Positions 12,464 through 23,123 of a stretch of 64,000 bases of DNA are shown piece by piece. The notes beneath the pieces are model-generated. The model did no database searches. It saw nothing but the letters and a program-made list of their open reading frames with translations, and was not told where the DNA came from. Every line of letters begins with the position of its first letter. Positions within the stretch are counted from its first letter, which is position 1. The DNA is from Basidiobolus meristosporus CBS 931.73 (Eukaryota; Fungi; Basidiobolomycota), in NCBI GenBank assembly GCA_002104905.1, contig MCFE01000508.1, forward strand, positions 950 to 64,949. Reading direction: 5' to 3'. A program made the translations under genes and the position numbers.

Positions 12464-12738
12464 TAATCAGCATTAGATATCAGGCTGTAGCACCACCTAC
12501 ATATGCATATGAAATACTATTTCTGTTGTGTTGTATTCTTATTAGCTTGAAGCATCTAATACAATAGACATGTTCCGTTGGATAGTGCCACATAGTACCA
12601 GCCTGTTTATAGTGCCATATCAATCTGGCACTATCTGGCACTATAACTTCTACCATCATGTTAGTGGTATGTTATAGTTACTGGTAATTTTACTCAATCT
12701 TACTTATGCTGCTAAGAGTAGTGCTTTCCTTGCTTTAT

Positions 12739-13530
12739 TTACTCTTCATAATGCTCCAGCCACATTTCTCTGAGTGGATGTCTTCTTGTATGAATATACT
12801 GTGCATTGATAAGTATCTTAACTATATTGCCTATTCTGCTGTTTTCTCCTATATATGACTTTCCTCTGTATTTACCTGCCAATAAGCTGAATTTCTTCAG
12901 ATATCCAAATGTATGCTCTACCCTCACTCTGAAATGCTTAAATATCTCATTGTAGAGCTTCTGCTTCCTGCTAAGCACACCATTCTGTGGCTTCCTATAA
13001 GCTGTGATACATCCTAATCTCTGACAATCCTCTCCTATATGGGCTAAGTCTGCCATACATTTCTCCCCTCTACTGAGTTCTGGATGATTCTCTACCCAGA
13101 GTGCTTTGTTATGCCTACTTCCAGCAAATGGCCTACTAAACCAGATGATGTTACCCTCTATGCCAGACAGTGGTTGAAACTTCACACAGTGTGCCTTGTA
13201 CTTGCCAGCATAGAAGTGTCTCTGCCCTCTAGAAGGTCTGTTAATCCTGACTGGGAAGGTATCCAAAATACTCCTTATATGGAACCTGTTGCTGAGCAAT
13301 CTGTGATATGGAAGTCTATTGGAGCTTCTGAACCTAGTATTCCAAGCTTGCTCTAAGTCATTGATACCCTCTGCAAGGTGGTTCTCCATTGCTGTCAGCT
13401 GGGAATGAAAGCTTCTAGGACTTTTGTTGCCATGGATAGTGGGATGAAACCTTGTAAGGCAATAGTTCTTGTGGTAGCAGAGAAGCTTTACATGGGATCT
13501 CCTTAAGTAGATTGGGGTAGATGGACCGCA
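12739..13530 (-). pseudogene. DDE_Tnp_4-type (PIF/Harbinger, ISL2/IS5-like) transposase, N-terminus cut by the copia B insertion
   Basis: The frame is open for 263 codons up to the LTR junction. Motifs ILDTFP...RP...FYAGKYKAHCVKFQ, GSRHN (usually GSxHD), ADLAHIG, RKP...L...YN and RVRVEHTFG. Confidence 0.85.
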
Positions 13531-13534
13531 TTAC

Positions 13535-16500
13535 TGTTGAAATAATTGGGAGTCCACCTAATTATTGATATATTATGAGCTAGCACTTAGTGAAATGATA
13601 TATTTTAGATTATCAACATGGAAATTAGTTTGTAAGATATTTACCAATTATTAGTAATTAGAGAAGTACAAAATTTTAGGAAAGTCTGAAACTTGTCCAA
13701 ATGAGCTGAAACTTGGCACATGTACTCCTGAGACTCCCCTAATAATGGCCAAATAGTCACATTTACGCAGTTCTGCAATAAGTATAAATACTGTGTTGCA
13801 ACTCAATAAAACATCAAGTGAATATCATGGAAATCTTCAAATTCTCCAATTCACTTCCAATATATCTCTCTAATATTTAAACAGGTTATGAGCCCCAAAC
13901 TTGCTTTATCTTGGTTGCCTACTTTGCTTTAGTACTGTGTCTTTATTCTGGAGAAAGACCGCCTGGTCTACCTGAAGTTACAAAAGACAGAAAAGTACTA
14001 CCGCTGCAAAGAGCTGCTAGATGGATATATTGTTTTGGAGAGAGAGGCCTTTGCCCTTAAAGAAGACACTAAGCAAAGAAAAAGGTCATATGTCAAGGAG
14101 ATTATGTTGGACAAATTTCAAAAGTTATGGAATATGCAGAACAATGAAGGTTTGAGAAAATGCGTAATCCCAGCAAGGAGTCAACATCAATAAGGGGCAT
14201 CTTACATGATATATGTATTAATGCTATGATCCTTATTATCACCACATGATGGATCTATATTGAAGATCCACAGTTGAGTTTGCTGACAGATATATGGATC
14301 AGCTTGCCCAAACTCTGAGGATCAAAATGATATATAATACCTATATATTTGGCCAAAGATCAGGGATCTCAGATATGCCAACTTAGGAGTGGTACGCATG
14401 ATATATCAGTGGTACTATTTCCATTACCAATGATCCTGAGGCTCTGTGAGACACTTATTAGACAAGCTACATGTCTACATCAAGTATCAGATACAGTGGG
14501 AGGAGATACATCCATATTTGTTGAAGCATGGAATTTCTACCGCCATCAAGAAAAGTGCTGCCGGAGACCTTGACCAAAGTATATGCATATAGTCTCTATA
14601 TACACTACAGAATATGCATGAAGTACTATCAAGGAGTGTACTAGTTGCCCTACACTAGTACATATATCACATACATACAGTGATGAAGGATCATTTATAT
14701 TAACAAGGATCAGATGTTAATCATGCTATTTTGATCAGATCAAGTTACTGACAGCTCCCAGCTATGGGCCAAACTGCAATGATGATATCTGCCACCAAGA
14801 TGCTGAGAGAAATGGCTTTCTAAGGTAGTTTATTTGATCAAACTTGATCAAGCCTGTCAAAAGTTATGCCAGATCTAAATGGATGACTGATTTGGTGGAA
14901 ACATCTCAGAATAGATATGTTTTGAGGACAGGAGGTTCCTGAACACTCTGGGAGATCTAACAAACCATGGATATGATACCTGTATGGTCCAGATCTAGAT
15001 CAATAAGGAAATTCCAGCAACCAGCATCTTTAAGACCAGATACGGAACAAAAACCTACCGCCAATAAGTTGCCAGTTTCTAAATGGGAAGGTGATATGTA
15101 GGCCAGATTTGAACTATCTAGCACACCAGATATGATCCAGCTATCCTACCACACAAGGATAGTGGAGTATTGTTGCTAAGGAAAGCAGCAGAGCAGTCCA
15201 AGAGAACCTATGTACTCAGAGGCAACAGCACAATTATGGTAAACAATGAAGTCAACTTACTTGCAGTGGAGGCTAGAGAAGTGGTACAAAGGGCCAACCT
15301 AAGGGTTATAATGGGTCCAGTAGAGCATGGACTTGTCTATTTGCACTGTCAACCAAGCTCTATGCTGGAAAGTTCTATCAGAAGTAACAGTGGCTTATCA
15401 GAGCCATTATGGTAGATTTACGCAATTGGAAAGTGCCAGATCAGGTTGTACTATTCAAGTGCAATAGTACATATGAGACCATATCTATCCTGTTTAGGAT
15501 TAGGCCTCTATGAATAGCTGCCAATCAAGCTGTGGTATGCTGTGATACCAAATCAAGCCTATCAAGATGCAAAGGGAAGATCTGAATACCGTAACAGTGA
15601 TATCAGTCCAGGAAAGTTATGCCTAGATCAGAAGGATATATATGATCTATCTCAGTCAGTTTTAGAAGGTAGGAAGCACCAGAAGACATAGCTTCAGTGG
15701 GAGTACAATATCCCAGATCAGGAATGGAGAAATGCTAGGCTAGATACCATTGAAGGGACTAGTCTGGAAGAGGAAATACTTTGTCAAGCGTCAAAGAATA
15801 AGGCAACTACAATGCTGACCAATTGTTGGTCTCAGCAGATCATATATGGAGTATATGAGGAAAGTTACTATCCAGATCCAGTTATGGATATACGGAGGAT
15901 AGTCTAAGTGAATTAGACTATAGACCGGAACTGTGGATGATCCAGATCTACTGGAGAAAAGACCACATCCTAACTTTGCCAATTATTGACCAATTTTACT
16001 CGAATAAGAAATAGCAGATAGCCTGAGAATGCAGCTCTCTGATGATACAAACTATGCTGGGATTCAATCAGTATCTAAAAAGTTTTACTCCGATCAAATT
16101 GATGATTCTCATTCATAGATATTTGTGATGAGATCAGAGTTCAGACTCAAAGCAATTTGATCTGAAGTATGTAATTAACAGTATGGACTTATACTTAGTT
16201 ATTACAGATAATATGCAATCATTAACATATATTGGAGAATACATTAGTCCAATGGGTTAGATGGTTAATTGCAGGTTTAATTTCAACCGCAAGATACAAA
16301 ACACCACAGCAGTTCATAAGTATATGAACATATTATGTGAGTGGGAGTGTTGAAATAATTAGGAGTCCACCTAATTATTAATATATTATGAACTAGCACT
16401 TAGTGAAATGATATATTTCAGATTATCAATATGGAAATTAGTTTGTAAGATATTTACCAATTATTAGTAATTAGAGAAGTACAAAATTTTAGGAAAGTCT

Positions 16501-16638
16501 GAAACTTGTCTAAATGAGCTGAAACTTGGCACATGTACTCCTGAGACTCCCCTAATAATGACCAAATAGTCACATTCACGCAGTTCTGCAATAAGTATAA
16601 ATACTGTGTTGCAACTCAATAAAACATCAAGTGAATAT
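13535..16638 (+). mobile_element. Ty1/copia family B, non-autonomous derivative; 3' LTR truncated
   Basis: 5' LTR 13535-13883, PBS GGTTATGAGCCC, PPT GTGAGTGGGAG, 3' LTR 16348-16638. The 2.46-kb interior has no long ORF but keeps an RNase H trace (HRYL..D...KQFDLKYV). Confidence 0.88.
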
Positions 16639-16886
16639 TTGGCGCAATCAGCTTTATTTATCTGATTTGCCATGCATTATGATTAAATCTCCACCAAATG
16701 CCATGTATCCCATCATTATGTTGCAAAAATCATCCTTAAACGATGACTGGGTATTTTTACTGATGTTTTATTTACAAGTCTATAATCAAATAGGAAATCT
16801 TCAATGCAATCCAAGATGCATCATGCATAATATATGGAAAATTCAACAATCACTTTGTTTTCCAATATATTTTATATAAGACCAGG

Positions 16887-17330
16887 TTGATGCCAATACA
16901 CCCCTGTATAAGTATCCAAATCTGTTACTATGGTCCCTATACCAAGTCTCAACTCATCATTAGTTCAACCAGACAAAACCCATCCCCCAGCTCTGAAGCA
17001 TGGTCCAAACCGGAAAAGACAATGTTGGATCCGTTCAAGTTCTTGCCAAATGATTTCAGTATGTCCCAAGTGTCTATGATGAGCCTTCATCCAGATATTT
17101 GGGCACTACTCATTAATCTAGCAGAACCAGATACCTTGGAGAGTTGACAGAGATGGAAGAACCTGAGTAGAAAGCTGTGGCATGAGTTCTACATCAAGAT
17201 GCCAGTGGTTGTATGTAAGAAGAAATATAACAATACAAGTATTGAAATCAAGAATGAGGTGAGAGTGGGGGATTTGATCAGGAAGCTGTGCAGGAACAAT
17301 TTTGCACGCAATTTGCACAGTACGGGCTAG
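16887..17330 (+). pseudogene. Second gene of the Harbinger-like element, Myb/SANT (trihelix)-like; right end approximate
   Basis: Reads WSKPEKTML...RWKNLSRKLWHEFYIKMPVVVCKKKYNN with one TGA that could come from CGA. It fits W-x2-L-S-x2-L...C-K-x-K-[YW]-x-N. The same frame is kept in the second copy at 21330-21640. Confidence 0.5.
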
Positions 17331-18975
17331 ACATGTTTGTTTGTGCCTCAACTTTGGGAACCAAAGAGATTTTGAAAGAGCTTTTGCCTCAAACTACTAA
17401 TGTATTACATGATATATTAGTAGAGCAAAGTGGCTTCCAGGAGCAATATACAAAGGACTCATCCAGGCAACAGTTGCAAAGTATTAGACAGAGGGTAAGT
17501 GAATACTTTCAGGAATCAGAAGGTGAGCTTCAAGAGGAAGAATACAGACTGCAAGCAACATTGTCTAGATTGCTCTAACATGCCTTGTTGGATTCCTTAC
17601 CATCCCTTGCAGCTTCAGCACACCAGCGCATGTCAGTCCAAACTACACCAACACCCTTCACAAGAGCGCCTTGCATAGACTCAATGTGTATTGGGTCAAC
17701 TTGTGCACTTCAGAGCAAGACCACCAGAACCTGCCAAGCTGCTCAAAAAGACAAGAGTTGATTGGAGCAGGCCCAGTTGCGTCAACAAGCAGCATCACAT
17801 TGAACTCAGCCAAGGGCCATGCCAGCACATCAAGTTGCATCTGCATGTGCCATTACACCTGACCATCAGCAAGTTTCTTCTGGTGAACTGACAGTTGATG
17901 ACCCACATGAAGTGCCTCCACCACCAGAGCCTTTGGCAAGTAAAAGAATGCATCAGCGCGTAGCACTGCAGGCTGGCTCAGTTGCATCATATGGTGAAAT
18001 TCAGTGCGGCCAAGCTGCAGCATTTGCACTCATCAACTAGGAGACAAAATACTGACTACAAATACATAAGTAGCCAAGAGGATAGTCAACAAGAAAGTAG
18101 TTTAGGTGTGCAAAGTGAATCACTACCAAATGGTTCAGTAGTAATCCCTGTGAGAAAAAAGCCTAGGAGAAGATGATGCAATAGCATTGAATTGCTATTA
18201 TTTGTAATGATCCAAACAACACATTGTTTTGTGATCTGCATCAAGCCATTGCAAATCAGTGATCACTAAATTTTTGATATAAGCAATATTAAGATTGTCT
18301 CACATTTGACACTGGACCCCTATAAATAAACACCCTACATATGTATACATTATCTGTGGCACCAGTGCAGCTATTTGATCTGATTTGCATCATACAATTG
18401 GTTGCATGCTAGCTATGACACCCTGTTCAATCACTAGGATCAGGAATTTACTTGCTTAATGGGCAAAATGGAATATTTGATTGCAAATCAGGTAACTTGT
18501 GTATTGGTCAAAGAGCCAATTGGGGTTGACTCCTTCAGGATACTTTTGGACCAATTAACCCCTAGGATACCATCCAATTGGAGGGTTGGTAACCAAAATG
18601 GTAAGTATCAGTGTAGTTTATAGTGTGATATGCACTTATTTCCATTTACATTAAAGAAACATATCCAAATACCGGATTTTACCTGCCATTATAGCAGTAT
18701 CCAATTGCGCACGTGATGCAAACATTACCAGATTTTAGCTACCACAATAGAGGTATCCAATTGCACACGTGATATAAACATTATAAGTGGGTGCAATCAT
18801 TTATGCCAATCTTGTTGTGTCAGATTGTGCCATAGTGTGTAAATTGTCCCACATGGTGCAAAATTATCCAAGAGAGATCCTGCCTACTGATAGCTACAAT
18901 ATTGCACCCAATTGTTCTTTGAGACTGCGGATTGCGCCATGCGCCCTGGCATAGTACAATGGAACAAGTCTAATA

Positions 18976-19860
18976 TGAGGGCTAGTCAACAGTAAGCAAC
19001 AACTGCCAGTATGCTAATATAGAAATTGTTCATTGGGAATCTGATATACTAATAGATATAACTTTCCCCAATAAACTCAATTTGAGGCACAGATATACTA
19101 TAGCCAGTGTTTCTCACCTCAACAGTAGTGTTGTGACCTTTTGTCAACTATAGGGCTTATTTACCTTATAGTAACTTCTCTGACCAAAATGTGGTAGTTA
19201 TTGTCTAGAACTTAGATTGGATTTTAGTAAGCTTTGCAGTCTCTTTACTAATACACTACCAGTCAAATTTGGATCACTCTACAATGCAAGTGATGCACAT
19301 GAAGTCTTGTAACCAAAAAAATTGCACTTGTAGTGGGACAATTCTGGGTAGAGAAGCTCTCATTCATTTTTCAGCATGAAAAGTTATATATATGGGAGTT
19401 CTGAAGGATCAAAGTTTTGGGGCAAATCTACCAGCAATACACATGATGCAAAGCCAAAATTCTGATGTGGCACAGATTGGACATAGGTGCAGCACCTGTG
19501 TAAACTTCACATGATTGGATTGGCTTGCCAAAAGTTACATGCAATCAAAGTTGCCATAGAAATCCTGGCAACAAAGGTCCAGTATATATGGTTATTAGAC
19601 TCTTTTGGTCACAACTCCATAAATACTATCTCAAAGAGTTGTAGCTTGAAGTATGAGCTGGCTACAGAGTGTTCTGCATGACATAACACTGTTGGGTGGA
19701 TTGCTTGTCAGGGTTTTGAGGTTTTGTTGCTCAAAGTTGGAAATTCTTGATAATTCATCTGTGTGTTACAATAGTAAAAAGCACAACAAAAAAGTGAGTG
19801 CAATATGGTCTTGAGATATAGTAGTAATGGAATACACTCCATTACCTCACTTCTCTTAGA
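18976..19860 (-). repeat. Repeat family X, copy 2 (continues from 12470-12566; lacks the tandem array); ends approximate
   Basis: Direct homology to 48700-49475 plus 50547-50880, with the array segment absent. Confidence 0.7.
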
Positions 19861-19897
19861 TTTGACTCTGCTTTATATATTTGCCCCCAATGAAGGA

Positions 19898-20067
19898 AAC
19901 CTGTTCTGTTAGATAGTGCCACATTGAGCCATGCATACCAAACAGTTCTAGAGTGCACCAAAGTGGCATGGCAGACCTATATTTGGCCACACAATGTGAA
20001 ACATAGTTTTGCATCCTCATGCAAAGCCGCCCCTGTGTCTTACCAGCTACACTGCAGAGAATCTATA
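19898..20067 (+). mobile_element. Truncated left arm of the foldback MITE
   Basis: AACCTGTTCTGTTAGATAGTGCCACATTGAGCC... matches the first 170 bp of the MITE arm. Confidence 0.8.
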
Positions 20068-21698
20068 GACTTGTTCTATTCTACAATGCCAGGGCATGCA
20101 GCACAATCCTCAGTCTCTAAGAACAATTGGGCACAATATTATAGGTACCAGTAAGCAGGGTTGCACTTGGACAATTTTGCACCATGCAAGACAATCTTGA
20201 GCCCTATGGCACAGTCTGATACAATGAGGCTGGCACAAATGATGGTGCCGGCTTGTAATGTTTATATCACATGCACAATTGGATGCTGCTATTATGGTAG
20301 GTAAAATCCTGTATTTGCATATGTTTCTTTGATGTAAATGGAAGCAAATGCATATCACACTATATATTACTATGATACTTACTATTTTGGTTACCATTAC
20401 TCCAATTGGATGGTATCTCAGTGGCTAGTTGGTCCAAAAGTATTCTGAAGCTGTCAGCCCCCTCTTGGCTCTTTGACCAATACACAAGCTACCTGATTTG
20501 GCATCATATATCCTATTTTGCCTATTGAGCAATTAGATCCCTGATCCTAGTGACTGGACAAGGTGTCATTGCTAGCATGCAACCAATCAAACAGGTCCAT
20601 AACGGATCCAATGGCTGCACTGGTGTAACATGATGTATATTTGCAAAGTGTTCATTTATAGAGGTTCTGTCTTAAATGTACAACAACCTTGATATTGCTT
20701 AAATCAAAAATTTAGTGATCACTGATTTGCAATGGCTTGAGTTGGATAGCAAAAAAAATGTGTTGTTTGGATCATGGCAAATATAGCAATTCAATGCAAT
20801 TGCATCATCTTCTAGGCTTTTCTCTCACCGGGATACTACTGAAGCATTTGGTAATGATTCACTCTGTATGCCTAAACTGCTTCCTTGTTGACTGTCTTCT
20901 TGGCTACTTGTGTATTGTAGTCTGTATTTTGCCTCCTAGTTGATGAGTGCAATGCTGCAGCTTGGCCGCACTTAATTGCGCCAGATGATGCTACTGAACT
21001 GGCTTGCAGTGGCATAGTCTGGACTAATGTGTGCTGGCATGCTGAAGTTGCAAGGGATGGTAAGGAATCCAGCAAGGAGTGCTGGCACAATCTAGATGCT
21101 GTTGCTTGCAGTCTGTATTCTTCCTCTTGAAGTTCACCTTCTGATCCCTCAAAGTATGCACTTACCCTCTGTCTAATACTTTGGAACTGTTGCCTGGATG
21201 AGTCCTGTGTATATAGCTCTTGGAAGCCACTTAGCTCTACTAATATATCATGTGATACATTAGTTATCTGAGGCTAAAACCCATTCAAATCTCTTTTGTT
21301 CCCAAAGTTAAGGCACAAACAGATGCATCCAGCTTCTACTGTGCAAATTGTGCACAAAATTGTTCCTGTGCGGCTTCCTCATCAAATCCCCCCACTCCCA
21401 GCTCATTCTTGATTTCAATACTTGCCTTGTTATATATCTTCTTACATACATCTGCTGGCATTGCAATCTAGAACTAATGCCACAGCTTTCTACTCAGGTT
21501 TTTCCATCTCTGTCAACTCTCTAAGGTATCTAGTTCTACTAGATTAATGAGTAGTGCCAAAATATCTGTATGAAGGCTCATCAAAGACACTTGCGCCATA
21601 CTAATTCATTAGGCAAGAACTTGAACAGATCCAGCATTGACTTTCCTGGTTTGGATTACACTTGTGAGCTGGGGGATGATCTTTGTCTGGGTTGTACT
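20068..21698 (-). mobile_element. Second, inverted and truncated copy of the Harbinger-like element (right end plus ORF2)
   Basis: Starts GACTTGTTCTATT and is the reverse complement of about 16963-18970 with deletions. Cut at 21699 by a gypsy LTR. Confidence 0.85.
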
Positions 21699-22124
21699 TG
21701 TTATGATCTGCCACTTGAATGTTTAAGTTAGATCAGTTTTTAGTCAAATCAATTAGTATATGTTTAGGTTATCAGTATATCAGTATTATCTATGAAATCA
21801 GTAGCATTAGTCAGCAAATGAATCAGCAGATCCTTATCAGACAGAAATAGATATATTCAGTAGGATCTTATTGGGTGATGATGATGCAATCAAATGAGTC
21901 ATCAGCCACAACCTACATTAGGAAATACAATTAGTCAGCAATTGATCTGGCAAAATGTATATAAGGAGCTGCTGGAACCTCAATAAAAATTGGTTCAAGT
22001 TTTAGTGAATACAATACTAGCTAAACTCCCTATTCCTCTACAACTCTTATGCCAAGACTTGTAACGTTGGTAGCAGCAATAACCAGAAACCTCCCTCCTG
22101 AAGAAAGAAGAAACCACCCTCAAG

Positions 22125-23123
22125 ATGTTGGACAATCAAAGATGGAAGAATGCCATGCAGCAAATCCTGGCCCAACAGCAACAGTTACTCCAGATCCTCA
22201 GCCAACAGCAACAAGGAATGACTACCATGGCTCAGAGCCAGCAAAGCCCTGTCAAGAGCAACTTTAGTGTGAAGGTTGACTGGTACCATGGCAGAGTCAA
22301 TGAAAACCTGGGAACTTGGCTCTTTCAGATTGAAGAAGCTTTTAAAGCTAAAGGAATTGCTCCAGAAAGCAAGTTGCATTATGCAGCTTCTTATCTGGCA
22401 GATGCAGCTTTACAGTGGTGCCACAACAAGATCAGGTTAGCCACTATGATGGGATGCTCTACAATCTCTACCTGGGATCAGTTTGTCTTGGAAATTCAGG
22501 ATGCTCTTGAACCTCCACACCAGCAGACACTACTAAGAAGGAAGTTAAAGACACTCAGACAGAAAGGAATGGTGCAAGAATGCATCTATGAGTACAGATG
22601 TCTACTTAGACAAACATCTATGAATACAGATGTACTTGGGCAAATTGAAAGAGTGGACCCCTTGGATCAAGTTGAATACTTTATTGATGGGTTGAAAGAA
22701 AGAGCTTGCAAGGAAGTGAATTACCAAAGACCTCAGACTATTGAAGAAGCCATCAAGATTGCCATTGACTATGACTCAGCTATGTTTGGAGTTGGGAAGC
22801 CTACAGTGACTAATCAGAAAGGCTGCAATCATTATGAAAGAAGACAATCAGAAGCAGTTCCAATGGAAATAGATGCTATGCAGAAGAATCCTACCTCAGA
22901 AGAATGTAAGAAGAAAGGACTTTGCTTCAATTGCCACCAGCAAGGACATATTGCAAAGTACTGCCCTCAGAGAAGAAATAGACACCAGCCAACAAGAACC
23001 TTCAACCATATTGAGTCCTATGAACACAGTAATGTGGAAGATGAGCTTGAAGAAGACTTGGAACTCACCTTCCATATGACAGAAGAGTACTTGTCCCAAA
23101 TGACCACAAACTCAGGGAAGTGA
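22125..23123 (+). CDS. gag: Gag with CCHC zinc knuckle
   Basis: 332-aa ORF with a retrotransposon capsid-like region and CFNCHQQGHIAKYC. The terminal TGA is a point mutation, since the other copy has TTA. Confidence 0.9.
   Translation: MLDNQRWKNAMQQILAQQQQLLQILSQQQQGMTTMAQSQQSPVKSNFSVKVDWYHGRVNENLGTWLFQIEEAFKAKGIAPESKLHYAASYLADAALQWCHNKIRLATMMGCSTISTWDQFVLEIQDALEPPHQQTLLRRKLKTLRQKGMVQECIYEYRCLLRQTSMNTDVLGQIERVDPLDQVEYFIDGLKERACKEVNYQRPQTIEEAIKIAIDYDSAMFGVGKPTVTNQKGCNHYERRQSEAVPMEIDAMQKNPTSEECKKKGLCFNCHQQGHIAKYCPQRRNRHQPTRTFNHIESYEHSNVEDELEEDLELTFHMTEEYLSQMTTNSGK

Larger units (their letters stand above)
12567..18970. mobile_element. PIF/Harbinger-IS5-like DNA transposon, formerly autonomous, interrupted by copia B
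   Basis: Imperfect 24-bp TIRs (GACATGTTCCGTTGGATAGTGCCA and the reverse complement GACTTGTTCCATTGTACTATGCCA, 18/24 matches) with flanks CAATA/TAATA. Removing the element restores a same-length alignment to the empty X site at about 48670-48720. Confidence 0.85.

Noticed and set aside
17022-17200. F-box-like motif (MLDPFKFLPNE...) as captured cargo
   Set aside because: It depends on an indel that differs between the two copies. The downstream W...CKKKYNN pattern fits a Myb/SANT-like domain better.
17288-17578. 96-aa ORF as the true ORF2 frame
   Set aside because: Upstream in this frame several TAA, TAG and TGA stops are shared by both copies, which argues against it being the ancestral coding frame there. 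A frameshifted C-terminal part cannot be excluded.
23121-23123. In-frame TGA between gag and pol, suggesting programmed read-through
   Set aside because: The minus copy (about 41540) has TTA at this codon (GKLLY), so it is a point mutation in a single Gag-Pol ORF.
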